DNA of 64,000 nucleotides from Candidatus Poribacteria bacterium (GTDB lineage Bacteria; Poribacteria; WGA-4E; WGA-3G): NCBI GenBank assembly GCA_965202725.1, contig OZ241845.1, positions 665,437 to 729,436 of the forward strand, read 5' to 3'. Shown piece by piece: positions 58,492 to 64,000 of this stretch (position 1 is its first letter; each line of letters starts with the position of its first letter). The notes under the pieces were generated by a model. It saw only the letters and a program-made list of their open reading frames with translations, ran no database searches and was not told where the DNA came from. The position numbers and the translations under genes were made by a program.

Positions 58492-59268
58492 ATGAATATC
58501 AACATGGCTATTATATTACGCGTCTATTTCGGGCTGTATGTTGTTTTAATGTTAGTAGTGTTGTCCGTTTTTGGAAACCCTATTCCTCTGGAAGCAGCGT
58601 TGGCAAATAGCGATACTGATACCTTTACCTTTGTCCGTTTGAAATATAGAGGGGCTTGGGGGCATCGAGGTAAATGGGACACCGACTGGCCTGCTGCAGA
58701 TCGGAATTTTATCCGGCAGCTCGAAGCGCAGACGAGTATCAACGTTAACGCAAAGGAAAAGATAGTTGATATTGGTTCGGAAGTCCTCTTTCATTATCCT
58801 TTCAGCTATATGGTTGATGTCAGTGGCTTGAAACTTACCGATGCTGAAGCGAAAAACTTGCAGGAATATCTACTCCGCGGCGGTTTTATCCTCGTGGATG
58901 ATTTTCACGGGAATTACGCATGGGGACGGTTTTACGGACAGTTAAAGAAAATTTTTCCAGCACGTGAACCAAAAGACATTCCGATCTCACACCCCCTGTT
59001 TCACTGTTTCTATCGGATTAACGATCTGATGCAAATTCCTGGATCTGGCGCAGCACTTAAAGGAAGAACCTACGAGAACTTCAATAGTCGTTGGGTGAAG
59101 TGCCTCGGGATTCACGACGATAACGGTAGACTCATGATGATGATTAACCTCAATACTGACTGGGGAGACGCGTGGGAACACGCCGCGGACTCATTTTATC
59201 CGCGTAAGTATTCAGATGCAGCATTCAAAATGGGGATTAACACCGTTATCTATTCCCTCACACATTAA
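58492..59268 (+). CDS. small secreted protein of unknown function (DUF4159-like pattern; copy 1)
   Basis: Signal peptide, FTFVRLKYRG, LRGGFILVDDFHG, FP...IPISHPLFHCFY, and GDAWEHAADSFYP. Paralog of 63100..63828. Confidence 0.5.
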   Translation: MNINMAIILRVYFGLYVVLMLVVLSVFGNPIPLEAALANSDTDTFTFVRLKYRGAWGHRGKWDTDWPAADRNFIRQLEAQTSINVNAKEKIVDIGSEVLFHYPFSYMVDVSGLKLTDAEAKNLQEYLLRGGFILVDDFHGNYAWGRFYGQLKKIFPAREPKDIPISHPLFHCFYRINDLMQIPGSGAALKGRTYENFNSRWVKCLGIHDDNGRLMMMINLNTDWGDAWEHAADSFYPRKYSDAAFKMGINTVIYSLTH

Positions 59269-59396
59269 GGGTTTTAGGGTCTAAGAGAGGGAAAAATATG
59301 CAACTTTTCATAGAAACGTTTGTAGTAACATAAAAGGTGTACCCCCTCAACGCTACGCGATAAGCACGCGATCCGAAATATCCGAGGAACTGGAGA

Positions 59397-60569
59397 ATGC
59401 AGAAATTCCCGAATCACGCCTTGCTAATATCCATTGGGGTTCATATTGCAATAATGTTGGCTGTCTCTCCATTTTTTGTGAATCATTTCAATGTAGAGAA
59501 AGAGAGCATATCAGCCGAGATACTAAAACCAGAACCAGAAAGACAAATCAGGAAGCGCGTTTTGCCGATACGTAAGCCCTTGATACCGCGATCGAGCGGA
59601 ACAGAAGTATCTGACTCGTCTCCTACTTCACCGACGTACGCGCCAGAGATGAGGGTGCCGAAGGCACCCCTTCATGCCGATGAAACGCCCGAGGTCGTCA
59701 CATACGCCGATGTCCCGCAAACAGAGGCTCCCAGCCCTATGTCGAATGCCAGCTTTGGGGAAGGTGGAACATTAGCAGGTCCTGGCGGCGTTGATGGACA
59801 GCGAGGCACTGGTGCCGGTAGACCCGGACGCGGGCAAGGGAGTAGAAACGGCATAGCAGAACGCTTCGCTTACAGAACAGAGGCAGCAGATGCAGGACTT
59901 GGCGTGCTTGAAGGTATAAATGTGGGATTAGGTATCTTCGGTACAGATGTAATGCCTGGACACGGTTTAATGGGACAGGTTTATGTTCCCGGCGGTTTAA
60001 TCCACCAGATGCCTGATTTCGATCAGTTGACCCCTGTCTATTCCTTTTTTACGCCGAATCTTGATATCTCTGAACGAGAGTATACCCAAGGATTTCCGAC
60101 TCCAGAGATGCAATCTGTTGTTGAGGATTTTGCCATTCGTTTTCGCGGTGAGTTGGCTATTGATACGCCCGGGAATTATATCTTTGGACTTTTATCAGAC
60201 GATGGGTCGAGACTTTATATCGATGGAACGCTGGTCGTAGATAATGATGGAATCCATCCGCCGATGGGGAAAAAAGGGGAGATAACCCTGAAAGCAGGCA
60301 TGCATCCTGTTGAGATTCACTACTTCCAGGGACCTCGCCACTTAATTGCGCTACAGTGGACCTATCAGCCTCCAATAGAGCGTTCTTCTGCTATGACTTA
60401 TCGCATTCGGGTAACGACCCCAACACGGCGTTGGAATTGGGAATCAAACATACCCGGAACAATTGTCCCGCCTGAGATTATATATCCTCCGGGCAAGCCT
60501 CGTCTTCCAAAGGCGCTGCAAAAACTACAGCAGCGTCTGAAGAATATTGAAAATATCGGTGAACAGTAG
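59397..60569 (+). CDS. N-terminally membrane-anchored protein with Pro/Gly-rich linker and C-terminal PA14 domain
   Basis: N-terminal TM helix LLISIGVHIAIMLAVSPFF. Pro-rich spacer. PA14 signature FAIRFRGELAIDTPGNYIFGLLSDDGSRLYIDGTLVVDNDG...GEITLKAGMHPVEIHYFQG. Confidence 0.6.
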   Translation: MQKFPNHALLISIGVHIAIMLAVSPFFVNHFNVEKESISAEILKPEPERQIRKRVLPIRKPLIPRSSGTEVSDSSPTSPTYAPEMRVPKAPLHADETPEVVTYADVPQTEAPSPMSNASFGEGGTLAGPGGVDGQRGTGAGRPGRGQGSRNGIAERFAYRTEAADAGLGVLEGINVGLGIFGTDVMPGHGLMGQVYVPGGLIHQMPDFDQLTPVYSFFTPNLDISEREYTQGFPTPEMQSVVEDFAIRFRGELAIDTPGNYIFGLLSDDGSRLYIDGTLVVDNDGIHPPMGKKGEITLKAGMHPVEIHYFQGPRHLIALQWTYQPPIERSSAMTYRIRVTTPTRRWNWESNIPGTIVPPEIIYPPGKPRLPKALQKLQQRLKNIENIGEQ

Positions 60570-63032
60570 ATGAGAGATGCCATTACGACAACACTGATAC
60601 TGCTCCTGCTTTTGGCTACCGCTACAGTGCACTCGCAATCAAATAACGGCGCTGTCGTTTTTGATGCGCCGAATGTGCCGTCCCCTGAATTCCAGTTTGA
60701 TTTAGACAAACGCGTCATTACGCTTGTGTTGGCAGACCCCAAGGCTCCTATCGCCCCGTTATTTCGTACAGTCGATAACTTGCGCCTCCGCAACTATAGA
60801 AATCGGTCTGTCAACTTTAGGCAGTTGGTTCAATATTACGATGAAACGCTAAAAAACCGGGGTTGGAACGCCTTGGGACAGGGGTTTCATGCCGATGTCG
60901 AAAGCGGCAATTTGTACCTCTATATTTTCGAAGAAAGTGAGATTATCAAAGGAATCCTCGCCCTCATTAGGAGTGGCGACGACGTGTACCTGATAAACAT
61001 CGTTGGTGAAATCCCGGAAAAGCGGCTTGGCGAACTCCTACTAAATCTCGATCAACTCGGTATCGACATCCCTGAACTGGAATCGGTCAGACCTCAAGAC
61101 CTCGAACCCGCGCCCCCTCCACCACCCCCACCATCTGAGACGACGCAATTAACGCCAGAACCGCCGATTGCGACTGGTGTTGATGAAGACGGCACCCCGG
61201 CTCTATCCACAATCCCAGAACCGCAAAAACCTTGGAATTGGAATCTGAATGGCAGACATATTCACGATGTTCGCCTCGTAGGAGTTAATGAAGTTGAGAG
61301 ATCTAATATCATGAAGGTTCTCGAAAACGGATCTGGCGACCTCGCAGCGGTTATGCCGGTTCTTATCAATGTACTCCTCAATAGTTCCAAAAAAGTGTCT
61401 TTACGCGTTGAGGACTTGGATGCTAAACAAATTGCGATATTTACCGTTGAAGAGTTACCGGTTACCCAAAACATCTCCGTCCTGCAATCTCTGACGATTT
61501 CTGGTGCCCGTGGCGAGCAAATCCAGAAATCCATACTCGAGAAATCCGTCCTACAAGACACAGATACGATGGCAACACCGACCCGTTTTCTCGCCGGCGA
61601 TGCCCCGATCCATGAAGTCCGCATTCGAGGGAATCAGAAAATCCCAGAAGCCCACATTCGGCAGACGCTTGAAAACGGTGCCCGGGCCCTTGAGGAATCC
61701 CTCAAATCTCTGTTTAAGGTGATGCCCTATTTTGCGGAGGTCCGCCTACAAGTTGATGAAGAGAATTCAAAGTACATCGCGACCATTACCGTTGATGAAA
61801 AACCGCTCTCTACCGATGTGTACCTCGGTCTCAATCCGATGTTACGTCTCGGATTCAACCGAGTAACGGGATGGGAAATCGGGAGTGGTTTTGAAGTCGG
61901 GCAACGCAAGAACATTGGGCCGCTGTGGATGTGGAATACCAGGAGCTCCCATCGCGATCAGACCTCGAAACTCTTCGGGAAACTGAGCTATACTTTCGGA
62001 AATCCAGATTTCCATTATCGTCTGGGGGGTACGGCGAATTGGGGGGAAGCTTACGTCTGGGGTCTCGGACTCACGGCACAAATCCACCGATTGACAGATG
62101 TCGTTGCGCCTGAGCATTTTCTCGACCACAACAACGGGGGCAATATTTTTCAACGCGTTATCGGTGTCCCTGACTTTCAGAACTACTATTTAAGACGAGG
62201 GGCTGAAATCGCGTTACAATGGACACCGAGCATGCCGGACCACTGGTTCAGATTAGCAATGGTTGCAGAATCACACACCAGTCTACAGAAAAGCACAGAT
62301 TGGTTTATCGCTAATTTGACATCAAGTCTCAGCGTCAGAGATAACCCACCCGTAACCCCAGGTCGCATGCGGAGCATCGTCTTCCAATACGATTTTCATA
62401 ATCGGGAAAATTCCCTCGGCTGGCACAATACGTTATTTGTTGAACACAGCAATCCCGCTGTCGGTTCTGAGTTTGATTTCACACGGACGCAATTACACTT
62501 CCGTTATGCCTTTCCACTGGGATATAACCAAATCCGTACCCGGTTGCTCGTCGGATTTTCCAACGCACCGCTTCCAATCCAACGTCAATTTGTGATTGGC
62601 GGGATGGGCGGACTCAGAGGGTATCCTTGGTATAGACAAAAAAACACGTCTGATGGTATAATAACCTATGAAAGTGGACATACGGCTTCGCCATACGCAT
62701 TTACGGGAGACCGAGGTTTTCTGCTTAACGTTGAATATCACTACCGTTTGTCCAACCTATTCAGTTGGAACATTGCCAAGGATCTGTTCGCAGTTGTCTT
62801 CCTTGATGAGGGTCAGGTATGGAATGTATCCGATGGTGCGTATACTTTTGATCCGAAAGGGAGTATCGGTATAGGTTTGCAGTTCGCAACGGCGAATGCT
62901 GTTACGGTTGTTAACATTAACGGTTTGAGCTCAAGCGGAAACGCTTTTAATACTATAAGGTTTAACATCGCCAAAGCCCTGGCGTCCGGTCAAGGTATTC
63001 AAGTTACGACAGCGTGGTATCATAGTTTTTAG
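60570..63032 (+). CDS. Omp85-family outer-membrane beta-barrel protein, paralog of 56226..58472 (copy 2, with poly-Pro linker)
   Basis: Start codon abuts the stop of the upstream gene (TAGATG). Same N-terminal domain (DAPNVPSPEFQF...LINIVGEIP). PPPPPPPP linker. POTRA-like IHEVRIRGNQKIPEAHIRQTLENG. Barrel motif RQFVIGGMGGLRGYPWY. C-terminal AWYHSF. Confidence 0.6.
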   Translation: MRDAITTTLILLLLLATATVHSQSNNGAVVFDAPNVPSPEFQFDLDKRVITLVLADPKAPIAPLFRTVDNLRLRNYRNRSVNFRQLVQYYDETLKNRGWNALGQGFHADVESGNLYLYIFEESEIIKGILALIRSGDDVYLINIVGEIPEKRLGELLLNLDQLGIDIPELESVRPQDLEPAPPPPPPPSETTQLTPEPPIATGVDEDGTPALSTIPEPQKPWNWNLNGRHIHDVRLVGVNEVERSNIMKVLENGSGDLAAVMPVLINVLLNSSKKVSLRVEDLDAKQIAIFTVEELPVTQNISVLQSLTISGARGEQIQKSILEKSVLQDTDTMATPTRFLAGDAPIHEVRIRGNQKIPEAHIRQTLENGARALEESLKSLFKVMPYFAEVRLQVDEENSKYIATITVDEKPLSTDVYLGLNPMLRLGFNRVTGWEIGSGFEVGQRKNIGPLWMWNTRSSHRDQTSKLFGKLSYTFGNPDFHYRLGGTANWGEAYVWGLGLTAQIHRLTDVVAPEHFLDHNNGGNIFQRVIGVPDFQNYYLRRGAEIALQWTPSMPDHWFRLAMVAESHTSLQKSTDWFIANLTSSLSVRDNPPVTPGRMRSIVFQYDFHNRENSLGWHNTLFVEHSNPAVGSEFDFTRTQLHFRYAFPLGYNQIRTRLLVGFSNAPLPIQRQFVIGGMGGLRGYPWYRQKNTSDGIITYESGHTASPYAFTGDRGFLLNVEYHYRLSNLFSWNIAKDLFAVVFLDEGQVWNVSDGAYTFDPKGSIGIGLQFATANAVTVVNINGLSSSGNAFNTIRFNIAKALASGQGIQVTTAWYHSF

Positions 63033-63099
63033 CCCTCAGTGGTTTTGCTAATCAATTCCCCAAAAGCCGAAACCCTTAATTACATTTTCATAAAAAAAC

Positions 63100-63828
63100 A
63101 TGCGAACACTCCAGTTATTAGCCATCTGCTCCCTGATATTCGCGCCGCCTCAGTTGTTGAATTCAGGCGAAGATAGCGACCTCTTCACCTTTGTCCGATT
63201 AAGATATGGCGGTCAACTGACCTTGCGCAGCAGTTGGCGCGTCGATTGGCCCGCCTCTGATCGGAATTTTATCTGGCAACTCCGTAAACAGACAAATATT
63301 AATGCTGCGCCGCGTGAGAAGATTATCGACGTAGGCGCAGCGGAGCTCTTTGATTATCCGTTCGCTTATATGTTGGAGGTCGGAAGTCTGAGGCTCAGCC
63401 AGAACGAGGCGGCGAATCTGCGTGAGTACCTCCTACGCGGCGGATTTATCTTCATTGATGATTTTCACGGACAGCATGAATGGCGGCGGTTTTACAATGA
63501 GTTTAAAAAGATCTTTCCTAAACGAGAACCCGTGGACATTCCCATATCGCACCCCATTTTCCGATGCTTCTTTAAAATTGATGAAGTCATCCAGATACCC
63601 GGACTCCGTTCGTTTTTCAGTGGACGAACCTATGAGCGATTCGACGGCTATCCAGCATATTGTCGTGGGGCCTATGACGACAGAGGCCGCCTTATGATGA
63701 TGATTAACTTCAATACCGATCTCGGAGATGCCTGGGAACATGCCGCCGAGGCTTTCTATCCACGTGAATACTCGGATATGGCACTCAAGATTGGTATCAA
63801 TGCGGTTATCTATGCCCTGACCCATTAA
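63100..63828 (+). CDS. small secreted protein, paralog of 58492..59268 (copy 2)
   Basis: Signal peptide, FTFVRLRYGG, LRGGFIFIDDFHG, FP...IPISHPIFRCFF, and GDAWEHAAEAFYP. Confidence 0.5.
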   Translation: MRTLQLLAICSLIFAPPQLLNSGEDSDLFTFVRLRYGGQLTLRSSWRVDWPASDRNFIWQLRKQTNINAAPREKIIDVGAAELFDYPFAYMLEVGSLRLSQNEAANLREYLLRGGFIFIDDFHGQHEWRRFYNEFKKIFPKREPVDIPISHPIFRCFFKIDEVIQIPGLRSFFSGRTYERFDGYPAYCRGAYDDRGRLMMMINFNTDLGDAWEHAAEAFYPREYSDMALKIGINAVIYALTH

Positions 63829-63921
63829 GACGGATTCTTTTAAACCTTTTACATCCATTTGTGTCTAAAATATAACATCTTTTAGGACAGATTTTCGTAT
63901 CTACACCAACAGAGCTCTGCT

Positions 63922-64000
63922 ATGGAAAATCAGAGAGGCAATAAAGATATGTTGAGTCGCAAGCAGAAGTTAGATTTTTATGAAAACGGTTATATATCCA
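63922..64000 (+). CDS. 5' end of a further PhyH-like dioxygenase gene (3'-truncated by window end)
   Basis: MENQRGNKDMLSRKQKLDFYENGYIS resembles PhyH N-termini (..L..F.E.GYL). Confidence 0.25.
   Translation, partial: MENQRGNKDMLSRKQKLDFYENGYIS

Noticed and set aside
1-64000. tRNA/rRNA genes
   Set aside because: Scanned the intergenic regions for T-loop (GGTTCGAATCC-like) and anticodon-stem patterns and found none. A proper tRNAscan/Infernal run is still needed.

Overview
This 64-kb window is bacterial chromosome with about 50% GC and compact genes, many joined by ATGA overlaps. I called roughly 55 CDS. No rRNA, tRNA or CRISPR array was recognised by eye.

Housekeeping islands:
- tyrA-cmk followed by plsC
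- argH-pyrF
- ychF-like
- LeuB/TtuC-family dehydrogenase
- HldE-like sugar kinase plus nitroreductase
- udk-like kinase
- tandem hsp20 behind a sigma54-type promoter
- aquaporin

Accessory content, which fits a PVC-like or sponge-symbiont-like glycan degrader (inference only):
- three sulfatase-family genes (two with the canonical C-x-P-x-R motif, one with T-x-Q-x-R) plus an FGE/SUMF1 maturase
- three PhyH-family dioxygenases (one truncated at the window end)
- two ThuA-like proteins
- Gfo/Idh/MocA and aldo-keto reductases
- a 1681-aa secreted He_PIG/LTD-repeat surface protein with near-identical internal tandem duplications
- TPR-TPR-WD40 repeat-protein genes

Most novel-looking loci:
1. 56.2-63.8 kb: a tandemly duplicated cassette of an Omp85/POTRA-like beta-barrel protein carrying a unique N-terminal domain, each followed by a small secreted protein, with a membrane-anchored PA14-domain protein between the two copies.
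2. 43.6-48.9 kb: a defense-like pair of a 1085-aa MmeI/type-IIG-like N6-adenine methyltransferase and a DUF4062/AlbA_2/HATPase_c_4-like protein, flanked by tandem and dispersed repeats.

Other notable items:
- a dispersed intergenic repeat family (core TGTAGCATAGCCTGTTAGG) at five loci, and a GC-hairpin element family
- a consensus sigma70 promoter with a poly-G spacer next to an IS200/IS605 left-end-like hairpin and a TnpB N-terminal remnant
- a HerA-like ATPase fragment
- an outer-membrane-protein gene whose signal peptide is separated from the barrel by two in-frame TGA codons
- an RDD-PspA fusion protein
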